NCBI GenBank assembly: GCA_951406725.2
Contig: OX597815.1
Coordinates: 72,664,001 to 72,728,000 of the forward strand
Length of the DNA: 64,000 bases
Reading direction: 5' to 3'
Source: Octopus vulgaris
Taxonomy: Eukaryota
In this document: positions 41,711 through 55,917 of the stretch, piece after piece
How positions within the stretch are numbered: the stretch's first letter is position 1
How the letters are laid out: every line of letters starts with the position of its first letter
Program-made: the position numbers and the translations under genes
The notes under the pieces: generated by a model
Seen by the model: only the letters and a program-made list of their open reading frames with translations
The model's database searches: none
What the model was told of the DNA's origin: nothing

Positions 41711-44084
41711 TCATCATCATGGAGAGAAAACAACAAAAAAGACACAAAAGAATCGTGTTGTTTCTTTTCTTTTTATTTTATTTTAAAAATCAAATGTTAT
41801 TTGTGTTCTTAGTTAAACAAGTCAATGTAATATTTACAGGACAAAATAAAATACAAGTTAAAAAAAAAAGGAAAAAAAAAAAAGCTTAGCACAGTCGAAA
41901 TTAGGTACGGGTGGGGGTGGGGCTGGTGGGAGAGGGCACAGTCCTCCCTCAGGAGTGGTAAAAATAGTAAGAAGCAATTTTGGCATTCACTGTTGTTTCT
42001 GGTGTGAGCCCATAACATTTGCATGTATCTATGTATGTATGTAAATATATATATATATATATATATATGTAGATATATATATATCCATACACACATATCT
42101 AGTATGCAGCTCACAGGGCATCAAGCACCATCGGACATCAATTAGTACCCCGCAATTACACCCAAACACCCTGAATGGTATGCAATACCACTTTATTTTC
42201 GTTTTTGTCTTCATTTTTATTGTCTATTTCCTTCTGCAGTTTGTGTTTCTCTTGTAAACGCTGGTGGTGCAAATACAATTTTTGTTATCTCCCCCTGTTT
42301 CATTGATCAGTCCTTGGTTTGTTGTGTTCAAGATTTTTTTGTTATTTTACAATTTATGCAATGAAATTCAGAGGGGAGGGATAGCACAATGAAGAAGAGG
42401 AAGAAATCGCATACGAGTCCTGTCTCTGATTTCTATTTTATATTTTCCTTTGAATTTTTTTTCCAGATTTGTTCCGAGTTGGAACAGATTTCACTCCTTT
42501 CCCTCCAATATTCAGTTTACTAAGCCTGTGATCGTATACATATTAATGTATGTATATATGCATACATATGTGTGTGTATATATGTATGAGTATGTGTGTG
42601 ATATTATACTTATGTGTGTGTGTTCATTGGTCAAGTTTTTATTTACCTATTGGAAAATCTTAATTTTTGTTTTGGTCAACAAGCCATTGATGCATAAAAT
42701 TATACATACAAATACATACACACACACACACACATATATACATACACACACGTGTATACATACACACATGCATACATACACCACACATGCATGCATACAC
42801 TACACACACATCCTAATGTAGACATCTTCGTTCGTGTTTTACGTCTGATTTTCCATGCTAGCATGGGTTGAACGAATACTTATTTGGGCACTTTTACAGC
42901 AAAATGCCATTCCTGTTACTAACCCTTATGTTTCACACATATCTATATCTGTGTGTGTGTGCATGTGTGTGTATATAAAATCATATGATAGAGCCAGCTT
43001 ATTTTGTTGAAAGGGGTAAAAAGTTGAAAGAAATTAGAGATGATCATGATGAGAATAACCGAAAGAAAGGCATTGCTCTTTTGGTTAAGTAAAGAAATAT
43101 ATAGAGGGAGCAAGTGGCCAAATGGTGAGGATAAGTTTAGGGGGGAACAGAGAAAGAGAGGAGGAAGCAAGGAGGGACAGGGGAATAAAATAGAAGTATT
43201 CACAGAGGGGCTTGTAATAAAATAACAGGCACCGCCCCCACCCCGGCGACTAATATCTACACATGTTGGCACATAGTTTCATTAATCCCATAACATAATA
43301 TATAAATCAATCACACACACAAGTACATACACATACAAATATTTTTCTATGCACAGTGGTGAAAGAAAAACAGGTAACAAAAAAAAAAAAGAGAAAGTAA
43401 ATTGGTGGTGGGAAGGGGGAAAATTTGTAGGTGAATTAAAAAAAATATAAATAAATAAATTTCTCTGGAGGAATCGCAGGGTGGGGGCCAGGTGGGGCAG
43501 TGAAGGGAGGAAGATGGTGAATGGAAAAAAGAAAGAAAAAAAGACAGGTGTTTGGGTGAAAAGAAAGATGCAGTGGAACACACTAAACAGTTTTCATCTT
43601 TTCCGTCTTCCAAATAAATAAACAAGTAAAAAAGACACTGGATGGGGAGGTGAGATAGTGGGGGAAGTCACTAGATGGAAAAAAAAAGGAAAAGTGTGAT
43701 TTGGGTTGTAGGATGGAGTGAGGGCAATATGTGTGTGTGTATGAGTGAATGTGGAAGGGTCATATCCTTTTTACTTTTACATCCCTTCCAAATTTTAATA
43801 GTTTGCCCACCCCTAATTACAAACGCACACAAATATGTATAAATACATATATATCATCATACACATACATACATAAATAAGTAAAAATACTCTGCCCTGC
43901 TCCTCCAATCTAACCCAGATTTGTCCTGACAAAGATAAGTTTGACACCATCATACTCAATTTTTGAAGAGTTCATTGTCACTGAGGTATATTCTTTCTCA
44001 CCCCCCACACCCAAGAACTTGGAATAATTTAATATTTCATTTTATTTTATTTCCTTTACTCCCTTGCTTTGCATAGGGACCTTA

Positions 44085-45055
<971 letters not shown>

Positions 45056-45188
45056 AAATATGTACATATGTCAGAAATTCCATTCTAAAATCTTCTACAG
45101 CAAAAATTAATATTCCACATGTTTCTTGAACTAAGTTCTTGCTTGCATTATTTCAAGAGTCACAAAATGCCTTGTTATAATTGATATG

Positions 45189-45236
<48 letters not shown>

Positions 45237-46261
45237 GGGGAACCTAATCAGCTAAGAAATCTTATTTTACACACCTATCTCTGCAGGATGTAAAACACCA
45301 TGTTTTTTTGTTTAATCTATGGACACAGGTAGAGAGATAGATAAAGAATATAATAATAATAAAAAAAAATAAATAAAAAAAAACACTTAGGGACTTGTGG
45401 GGAAAATAAGTGAACCACCTCCTCTCCCCTCCCTCCTTCCTCTCATGAACTGTGTTTTATATTGTTTCCTTTTCATTTTTTAAATTTATTTATCAGACAT
45501 TGTCACACAACAGAAAGTGAAACGACTGAAAATCCAATTGTGAATATGTAAATATTTTTTAGAAACATTTGTGATTGTGTGTTTACATGTGAGTGAGTGC
45601 TTGTGTGTGTGAGATTTTGGGTTACCTTGTCAGTCTACTTATTTGTTTTCACATCTTTTGCAACTATGATTGTATCGTTTGTTTGGATTTGGTTTTAGAA
45701 ATTTCTTTCTTCTCAAAGATCGGTGGTGATGTTCTTGTGGTGGTTGTTTCTTTTTTTCTCTTAATAAAAAAAAAAAAAGCCTTAATAATTGCCCTATTGT
45801 CCACTACATCGCGAGGAAAAAAAATAAGCATGGCATTAATGTTCTATGCAGAATGACATCACCCCAGCCAACTCAAGGGCCAGAAACGCTGGTAAGTAGT
45901 AATGAAGGTACTTAGTAGTAGTAGTAGTAGTGGTAGTTGTCGTAGGCTGATCAGGTGAAAATAGTACAAGGAAAACAGGTGGACTTTACAGAGATGATGG
46001 ATGTGTCAGCAGTGGCCACTGAACAGCAGTACCAACAGCAGAAGCAGAACTCTGGCCAATGCCATTCCATTCAAAGAAGAAGCTCATTCTGTTGTGCTCG
46101 GCAGTCAACAACAGTTGGAGGCCGATAAATATTTTGTTTTGTATTTAGATTTAGTTGCCATGTCTGTTTTTTAATTAATTAATTAATTAATAAAGTTTCA
46201 TGTTAAGCAGAGAATAACTCCAGTTTTAAGTGTTGAAAGTGTTCATTTTGCTTTTTCTGTT

Positions 46262-46391
46262 TTATTCCTTCTTTTCAACTTTAGCCACAATCTTGCCTTC
46301 CCATAATGGTAGCAAAGCAGAATCCTCAACGATTTCATCAAAGACAACACCTAGAGATTCAAACTCAGAGCTGGCCTTCTTGAAGAAGTAT
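46262..46391 (-). CDS. Axin: Axin terminal coding exon, second half of DIX domain
   Basis: Acceptor ttttAG at 46392-46393. Encodes [42 protein letters not shown], then TAA at 46262-46264. Confidence 0.95.
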
Positions 46392-49300
46392 CTAAAAATG
46401 ATATAAAAAAAGAAATATAAATAAATACAATAAAATAAACACATTAGAGCACATATACAGACAAGCAGATATGAAAGAAAGCTATTTATGCATTAACACT
46501 GGTAGCTTAGACTATTAAGATCCCCTTTTCAATGCAAACAGGCGTCATAATTTGTTGAAGCAGATTTTCTAAGGCTGTATATTCTACTTGCTACCAATGC
46601 TTATCTGTTTTCAGGTAAGGCAATATTTCGCCATGGAAGATTAGAAAAGAAGGACGTTGCTTGTACGATGGCAACACTCATTTACAACTATCACATAGTA
46701 TCAAGGAAAGAAGACACCAACCCATATATACATACAAATAAATATATGACAGGCTTCTGTCTACCAAAATCATGTGCCCAATGCATCAAGCAGTGGAAGT
46801 GACCCTGAAACTACAGGGTTGGGATGTGAACTTCTTAACCAAACAACTACACCTGTGCTACACCATCTAGGGATGTTATTGTCTGCAGTTGTGACACAAA
46901 CCAGTCCCATTTGTTAACATTTCCTGTCGCTAACAAATTGTCTTCTAGCTCTGTGCTTTCAACGTCTTCTGGAATTTACCATTTAGCATTTAAACTGGCC
47001 ATATCTGGCCAAAATGTTCTACCTGTTTTATGCTCAAACTAACCAGACCTGACCTATTACACCAGCCCTACAACATTATAAAAATTAAATTTCAAAGCTA
47101 AAAAATAATGCAAAATAATGTGAATAAATAAGCATTACATTTGACAGAGTAACCTGAATGCTAAAGAGTTAAACCTGCCTACAACACACACATCTCAACA
47201 AGTTAATAAAAGGAAACAAGGCAGAAATAAGTAACATCCACCATTATTTCCACTGCAAGCTTGCTGCTTTATCATATTTGGTGATTGATACTATTTCACG
47301 AATGAATGTGTATGGAGAAAAGTGTGGGATTAACTTACCTATAACTCCCTCTTTTAGTGATGAGCTCTTTGAACTGAGCCAAAGTGATTTCTTTTCCTGG
47401 TACCGTATGTCTGTAGGGGATTGGTTCTCCACAGAAAAAGTAACCTATCACAGTTTCCTCCGGTCCCCACGGAGTTCCTGGTACCGTCACACTACCAGAC
47501 GGTCGTTTTGAAGATGATTTACGACTGAAATTGCAAACAGAACAGAATAAATCACTGGAAACCATCAGCCATGTTTGAAGAAAAAAATTCAAAAAAATTC
47601 AAAGCTTGAAAATTAGATTTTTTTGTAATTCTTAATGTAACAAATGGAGTAAGAAAGAGTTAGAGAGGTGGGGCACTTACCCTTCAGAATGTCCTGCAAG
47701 ATTATCAGCAGAGAGACCTAGGTCACAGGGAACTGTTTTTGTGGTGGGCAATGTTCGCATTTGATAAGAACCAGTAGCTGCCATTAATGAAGACGGCACT
47801 CGCTTCTCTCGAGAAGGCACTCCAATGAAAGACCTAAATACAATTAAGGATAATACAAAGTTTTAGTTAATTTAATCACCACCAGTACATTACAGGTATT
47901 CCCACATCCTCAAGAATAAAGAGGTCAAGCTAATTCAAATTAAACCCAAAGATCTTGAATTCAACACATTAAATCATCTTGTGCAGCTTTATCTGCATCA
48001 ACTGTCTTGCTCTTTGCCACATCATGACTAATCATCATCATTGCTTTAATGTTTACTTTCCTATGCTTGCATGGACTGGGTGGATGTTATGAAGGCAAAT
48101 TTTCTATGACCAATTGCCCTTCCTGTCACCAATCCATAACTGTTTCTAAGTAATGTTTAGCAATGGCCAGACTTGTTTTTTGCAGAATATCAGAAATGAA
48201 CAACATTCATGTGATATCCAGGAAAGGTGACACAAATACACAACAGGCTTCTTTCAATTTCTGTCCACCAAATTAACACCAGTATATTAATACAGTAACA
48301 AACCCAGTACTTTGATCAACCAAAATGTTTACTGACAATCCTTTTTATAGAAAAAGTGTGTTAATTGTTAATAATGATACAAAAAATTAAGTCACAGGGA
48401 AAGAGTTTTTTTTAATGGTGTAACTCAATGTAGATAAAGCTATAAATAAGTAGCATATGGAAAACACTAGGTCAAAAAACTCCTTTGATGGAAAAATAAA
48501 GGTCAAAGGCTGCCCATGGTATCAGATGTGGGATAATGGTAGCACAACTGGTGTTCATAGAAGATGTGGGTTCAAGTACCAGGAGAAGTCTTTGACTCTT
48601 TCTACCCAAATTTTACAAGCTTTTATTTATAACTTCATCTACTTTGAGTTCTACCATAAGAAAAAATGTCAAAAAAAAAAAAAAATACTTACTTTGATTT
48701 TACAGGTAAAGGTCGTGCCTGTTGGTCATCAGGTCTCCTTTTAGGCTCATTACTTTCAAGCCGCCTTTTAGCTTCTTCCAGCTGTGTCGTTGGATTTGGT
48801 GGGGTTAAGAGAGGCATTGATGGATCTTGCACAATTGGTTGAGAAGGCATCACTTGATTGGTACCACTGACTGAGCCAGCAAGCCAGGGTAGTGTTGCCA
48901 TGCCACCACGTTCAGCTGATGCAGAACGATTCAACAAAGTACTACTGGGCTTTTTGCTAAACCTGAACATGAAACAGAAAATAATGCAATATGAGGATCC
49001 TACATTTTACTGAATGTTAACACAAGCAATATTAAAAATCAATAACAATCACAAACAGTAAAGTATGTGCACCATTGACAAGCATGATGCTGTGGATTTT
49101 GTCAGAGAGAAAACCTCTTCATATAGACTTGCTGTCACCAGCATCATTTAATGTCCATTGTCCATGCTGGCAAGGGTTGGACGGTTTGCCCAGGGCTGCA
49201 CCAAACTCCAGTCTGATTTGGCATGGTTTCTACGTGCCAGTTGCATGATACCAACATCTGCTATAGCTACAATTCACTTGGCTTGATGGGTTTTCCTCTC

Positions 49301-50914
49301 AAATGTCTATAAGATTTTCTCACAGATGTAAACTATATCACTATGCTTGTCAATGGTGTGTATGTACATTTAGTATTATACATAATTTAAATGAGTTTCT
49401 TGGCAGCACAAAATTATTAAAATGAGTGTTAAATATTGCCTGTCTTTATGTGTGCAAATACTACAGAGGTCTGCCCATGGTATCAGATGTGGGATAAGGG
49501 TAGCACAACTGTCATGTTCACAGAAGATGTGGGTTCAAGTACCAGCCATATCAAAACATCCAATAATAAGGGTTTTTCATAACCATCACTCACAAGTGAT
49601 GGTTATGACTTGGAAGCTGGTATCACACATTTTTATCTATCATTTGCAAGCAGATACAAACACTATCTTGGCCACCTCAACCTTGGTCCTGTGGAACATT
49701 GAGGATGTGACAACTGGAGAGAGTGCATGAGCATTGCACCAGCAGTGGCCTGGTACTTATTTTGGCTGAGCAGACTGGAGCAATAGATCAAGGACTCATG
49801 TTACCCTGTACTGAGATTAAACCTAACAGCAAAAGGCATGTGGCACTGCTCTAAGGTCAAGGCTTTAATGACCTTGAAATGACTAGGTTCAAATCACATT
49901 CTTTTTATATACCCTCTGTATCTTGCCTCTTCTAGTTCAATGTCAATAGCGATTATGTGCCAACAACTGTATATTTTAATGAATCAACTCTTTAACAAAC
50001 AAACCAATGAACAGTAAATAGCAGCTGAATTTTTCTGAAATCACCATATCAATGCTCCAAGGAAAATACATTTTCAATTATGTAAGAGATAGATATACAA
50101 TGTTCACAGGGAAAGTATGTAATGGTCAATCATTCTTGTCGCACCCAGCATAAAGTCTTCAGTGGGTAGCTTATTTTATTAAACCTCCAAACGACTGCAA
50201 AGATACTCTCCCCACAGGATTTCAACTGCCAATGTAAGGGGCTGCTACTAAATACCATAAATATTTTGTTTGATGCTTCACCAATTCTTTGATAGGATTA
50301 AAAATCCAAACTTTATACTGAAACTAATTCCGCAGTTAGACATCATCATCATAATCATTTTAATGCCCATTTTTTCATGCTTGCTTAGTTGGATCGATTT
50401 TCTTTGGCTGAATGCTCTTACTGTTGTCAACCATTTCCAGTTTTCAATCAATATATCTTCAAGGCCAGACAAAGTTTTGCAGAAGGTTGCAAATGAACGA
50501 CATTCATTTACAAACATTCATGCAAATTCCAAGACAAGGAAACAAAAACATAATGAGCTTCCCTCAGGTTCCATCTACCAAATACTTTTTCACAGGTCTT
50601 TGGTCAGCTTGAGGCTACAAAAGACAGTTGCCCAATGTGCCATGCAGAGGAACTGAACCCCAAACCATGTGATAACCAATTCTAAAACATAGTTTGGCAT
50701 AGCAGACAACAGTTCACTTTACTTCAAACAAGAAAATAAAAAGATGTAGAGATTATTTCATAATACTCACCCTTGTTTTTGAAGCTGAGGAGACCCAGTG
50801 GTCGGTACTGGAGTTTTGTGAGTGTGAGAACGTTTGTGGGAAGAACTTTTATCTGACTCCGTATGTGAAGAACTGCTCGCATACCTGTCACTGGCCATTA
50901 TCCACTGTAATACC
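46262..50914 (-). CDS. Axin: Axin (Wnt destruction-complex scaffold), partial spliced CDS: last five coding exons, about 293 aa; RGS, GSK3- and beta-catenin-binding exons lie beyond the window
   Basis: Exons 50771-50914, 48693-48962, 47681-47833, 47339-47524 and 46262-46391 join in one frame through GT-AG sites. The product has [30 protein letters not shown] and a C-terminal DIX domain ([12 protein letters not shown]...[21 protein letters not shown]...[16 protein letters not shown]), all typical of Axin. Confidence 0.95.
46979..47168. mobile_element. piggyBac-like MITE in the last Axin intron
   Basis: Imperfect TIRs CCATTTAGCATT / AATGCTAAAGAG flanked by TTTA / TTAA. Confidence 0.55.
47339..47524 (-). 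CDS. Axin: Axin exon, first half of DIX domain (186 nt)
   Basis: Acceptor caatttcAG, donor AG/GTAAGT. Encodes [39 protein letters not shown]. Confidence 0.95.
47681..47833 (-). CDS. Axin: Axin internal coding exon (153 nt)
   Basis: Acceptor tgtatttAG, donor GG/GTAAGT. Open frame [51 protein letters not shown]; phases match both neighbours. Confidence 0.82.
48693..48962 (-). CDS. Axin: Axin internal coding exon (270 nt)
   Basis: Acceptor tttcatgttcAG, donor AA/GTAAGT. Carries the Axin motif [25 protein letters not shown]. Confidence 0.93.
50771..50914 (-). CDS. Axin: Axin internal coding exon (144 nt)
   Basis: Acceptor tttttctctcgtcAG, donor AAGG/GTGAGT. Encodes [48 protein letters not shown], in phase with the next exon. 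Confidence 0.85.
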
Positions 50915-51879
50915 CTGACGAGAGAAAAACAGTATAATTAGTTGTTGTTTCCTATGACTTCTTTTTTTATCAACATTATAACATTAAATTAGGGGCACAA
51001 TATATACAAGAATACGATATATGCAAACCAATTATGTGTGCAGATATATACTTGCACACACCTGGATAAAGGATAGCTAAAGAGACACAGAACATGAAAA
51101 TGTAAGATTAACGAAGAATGATTGATACGTCATAATCTTTAATACTGTCCCCAAAAATTACATGTTTTCAAATGGTAAAGCAGCAGAGAACAGTTACGAA
51201 AGAGAGAGAGCTCTCAAACAACTTACAATGAAGACTAAACAAATTCAAAACTGAATTACTTATGAAGAGCAATGAACTTTTTAAAGGGATGTTTAATAAA
51301 AAAGTGTACATATTTTATCCTTGTTTAATGCTTCGTGTGAGTGAGAGAGGGAGGCGGCCTTCATATATCTCGTGTACACAGGTGAAACATTGAAACGCTT
51401 CTACTCCCATCTACTTTGAGTGTATTTATTTTTCATCTTTCATAGCTTTATCTCTTCAATAAGAAATCTCTCTAACCCTCTCTCTCTCTCTCTCTCTCAC
51501 ATACAATTATTTGAACCACAAAGGGTCTTGGACATCCCTTATGCTTGTTGTCAAGGATGCAAGCAATAATAATATATAGAAACGCCCTCATAAAGTGATT
51601 TTGTTGCATACACACACACATGCACAAACATGTGAGAAAAACGCTGCTATAGAAATTACCACAAACAAGAAACTTTTGTCAAATGTTACAGACAAACAAG
51701 ATAGAATCACATATATAGACTTCAGTTCTTGAAAATAAAATGTTATAATTTATTTTTAAAAAAAAACCCAAAAGAACTTTAAAGATCGATAAACAAGTTC
51801 GACAAAAGGGAACCTCCTTTCTTAGCACAAAGCCCGTCCTCAGTAAGTTTACTTCTAATTAAAAATGGTATTATTTTAC

Positions 51880-51933
<54 letters not shown>

Positions 51934-53048
51934 AGAATGTAAAGGTTGCTGTTAAAAAAAGTTAGCTCATGGAGGGATAATATTCATTTCAGATCCATAA
52001 CAGTTATATTTCGCCCATTATAACACATGAAAAAAAGAGGGGTTGTTTTCTTCAAAGAAAGGGTCCAAACACAGATATATACACACACACACAAAGAAAA
52101 ACGCCGGAATGAGATATATATATATATATGCACACAGAGAGTGTGGGTGAGGAAAGGGAAACAGAAAAGGAGATTAGAAAGAAGGAAAATGAAAGCTTAT
52201 GTAAAATAGGAAAAAATAGAGAATATATATATATATATATATATATGGGGGAGTAGACGAGGGAGAAGGGGCAGCAATTGAAATTACCATTATTATAAAA
52301 CGCCCCCCACCCCCACTCGCCAATCTGCCATTAACACACACCACAAAGTTATAATAAATCTGAAAGGAAAACAAGGAAAAAAAATAAATTGCGGCGGACA
52401 TGGGAGAGGAGGAGGAGAAGGAGAAACGAAACATAAGAGAGAAAGAAAGCAGCAGTAACAGCGCCCACCAGCCAACCCCACGACCACCACCACTCAACAC
52501 TCTTCTTCTAAATTCATTACTTCAAACAATATTTTTTGGAGATCAAAACTTTTGCAAAGCTTGAAAGAAACATGTACCCCCCCCCCCCTCACCACCACCA
52601 CTTTCTCTCTCTCTCCTCCATCTCCCTCCCTCACTCTCTCTCTGATCTTTTTCCTTGTTCCTCAACGTTTTTTTGTTTTTTTATATATTTTATATCAAAA
52701 GTGGATTTTCTCTCCTCTCCTCGCTCTGTTTTCTAACCCACCCACCCACCTACAAAATAACAAATATTTTAGACATTAATAATAAATATTAGTCTGTCCG
52801 CCCCACACCCTCCACCACTAAACTTTCTAGCTTACATGCCCATAATCTCTTTTTAGTTTGCTAAAAAGGTTGAGAGAGAGGAGGAGGTGAATGGAAACAC
52901 AAACGACCAGGGATGGGTACCGCAACCCCTAAAATTGTTCCAGTCAATTCACCCAATCCACAGATACCAACACCATATTTTGAGTGTAATATGTTTTAAT
53001 ATATTTATAATTTCACAATTCCAACTGCATATATACACACATACATAC

Positions 53049-53079
<31 letters not shown>

Positions 53080-53789
53080 GGTGTGTGTGTACAGTTCAAA
53101 CACTCCCTTCTGCAGGCCTATCTTGTCTGCCTCTACCTCACACGCATTCAATGTGTGTGTGTATATAAATATATAACGGAAAGGATTATAAATGAAAAAG
53201 AAAATGCAACCACTACTAAATATGAAAGGGAGAGAAATGAGCAGATAGATACATAGATACGGAGTGAGAGAGCGAGAGAGAAGTTCATCAAAGGAACATG
53301 TATAGAAAGATGAGAAAAACCTTACATCATTTGATGTGAAATTAAAAGGTTACGCTGTGCAGCAGCAGCAGCAGTGTGTATGATCAGTCCAGCATGTGCA
53401 TGTGTGTGTTATATACACGCACATACACACGCGCGATAGATAGATAGATAGACAGCTATATAGAAAATAAGATAGCTTGCTAGATAGATAGATGGATATG
53501 TGTTCGTGTATGTAGAGATACAGTATCTATTCAGATATATAGACGTGTGTGTGTGCAAGGAGACATACACACTATATATATATATATATATATTTATTAG
53601 AGAGTGAGAGGAGAGAGAGAGGAGAGAGAGAGAGAGATGCACGTGTGCGGGGAGAGCCGGAGCGATAGAGACATACAGATAGATAGATATAGATAGGTGT
53701 TAAATTTATTTTATTCTGGTGGTGTTTTGTCTCTCTCATCGCACCCCACCGCATAATTAGTGTTCCGTTTATCTAAGAACAAAGTAAAT

Positions 53790-53824
<35 letters not shown>

Positions 53825-54298
53825 TATATTCTCCCTCACTCTCTCTCAGTCTCTCATTTCATCCCTTTTCTCGTCACGTCACTTTATAATTGGGCTTTTA
53901 TTTATTTAACGGATGAGAAAGAGGGGGGGATGGGGAGAGCGAATCCATCCATCCACCATCACCACCACCACCACACACACAATTCCCCTCGAAACATTGC
54001 AGCTGAACAACAACAAAAACAGCCCGGCGTCTTCTATTGTCTTTCAGTACATAATATAAACTTCACAGCCTTTTCCGCCTTTTGAAGTTGCACTGTATAC
54101 TGCACAAAGAGGAGAGAGGAAGATGAGGCCGGGGAAGACCGGGATGGGAAAGAAAAACAAAAACAAAAAAAAAAATTACAAAATCAACAAAACAAACCTC
54201 AACTTTTACAGACTGGTAAGCTTTTTGTGAGCATGCTTCAAGTCATTTGCAGAAATGCACTCGTATAATATATCTAGCAGTATTTCTATCACCGCGTC

Positions 54299-54350
<52 letters not shown>

Positions 54351-55864
54351 CAGTATCATTTAGTCCAACTATATAATACACACACTAGAGCTACCAGTAT
54401 CTCTAATAAATTTCTCCAGATATCACAGATGATATGCATCAGTATCTATAAGTCTGGTCCAGGTATCGCACACGCACACACTCACGCGGAGTTAATGTAG
54501 TGGTATTGGGCACGCTCTTTGCCTAACCCTTAAAATGAAGATAAAATTTATCAAAACCATGAACAGGAGTGAGTGAGTGAGTGAGTGAGAGAGAGAGAGA
54601 GAGAGAGAGAAGTCCTCCTCAAACAGGAAACTTACGATTGGTGATCCAACATTGAAACCAATGAATCATTACAATACTGTCTATAAAGGCAATAATAATA
54701 TATGGTTGTGGTTGGACCGGAAGGCAAGAGGCAAAAGCAAGCGGATATGAGGTAGATAGATAGATAGACAGAGAGAGAGAAGGGGATAGGTGAGGAGGTA
54801 TCACCGCTAATTGCAAAATAGCAAGATAAGGAGGATGAAAACAAGATGCGCTTAACAGCCCTCTCCATATCCCCGAAAAGGTTTTGCCGAGAGGCCTCCG
54901 CGCCTTCTGTTCTTTCCTCTTGCACGCTTACTTTTTGGGGGGACAGTTAAGCATAACATCCTCTTTTTTTATAGTGCAAACTCAAGTTTTCTTCAGTCTG
55001 TTTTATGATTTAGTAATTCTCTAACATTGGTTTCCTTATTTCTTCACGAGATAGAAGACTGGCGCAGGCAGTGAGTACGAAACAAGTACTCTGTTACCAA
55101 ATAATTCAAAAGAAACTCGCGCGCGCGCGCGCATATTAGTGTTTTTCAAGCTAGAAAACAAACATTAAACCAAAAAGGATTACTCAATACTTCTTACTAG
55201 AGAACATATTCATTCATTTAAACCTTTACAATAAGAAATAGTTGACAGTGACTTCGAAGTTTTGGCTTGCTCGCTTTCGTCTGCGTACGTGTGAGATCAA
55301 TCTAGCTTTAGGAAAGAAAGTAGTGAAAACGTGATGATATATATTGATATATGTATGGAGAGTAGAGACAACAAAGATATGAAAGATGAAATAAACTCTC
55401 TCTAAACACTATGGCCAGTCAGTGCCTTGTAAGTTATGTCATATAAGCTTCAACGCTTATTGTCCTTATGTTGGAACTTATTCTGTCTCTCAGTCTCTCT
55501 CTCTCTCTCTCTCAGTGCTTCATTTCCACTGATTGTGTGATCTTTTTGTCGTAATGCATTTGACATTTGCTTCATGCCAACCACCGGCTACTTAACAGAC
55601 GAGATCAAAATACTCAGGTTGGTTTTGTTTGATAGTAACAATGGGAGAGAGAAAGAGAGAATTATATATATATATATATAAAATACACACACACGCGAAA
55701 GTGAGAGAGAAATTATTACACACTTATGAAAGAGTATTATACACTTATTATACACACACACACGAGAGAAAGAGAGGGGGGAGGATGGCAGCATCCATAT
55801 TACAGCAATGGCGAAAGAAATCTAATGGAAGTATAGACAAACCAAACGAACTATTGCGGGGAGA

Positions 55865-55917
<53 letters not shown>

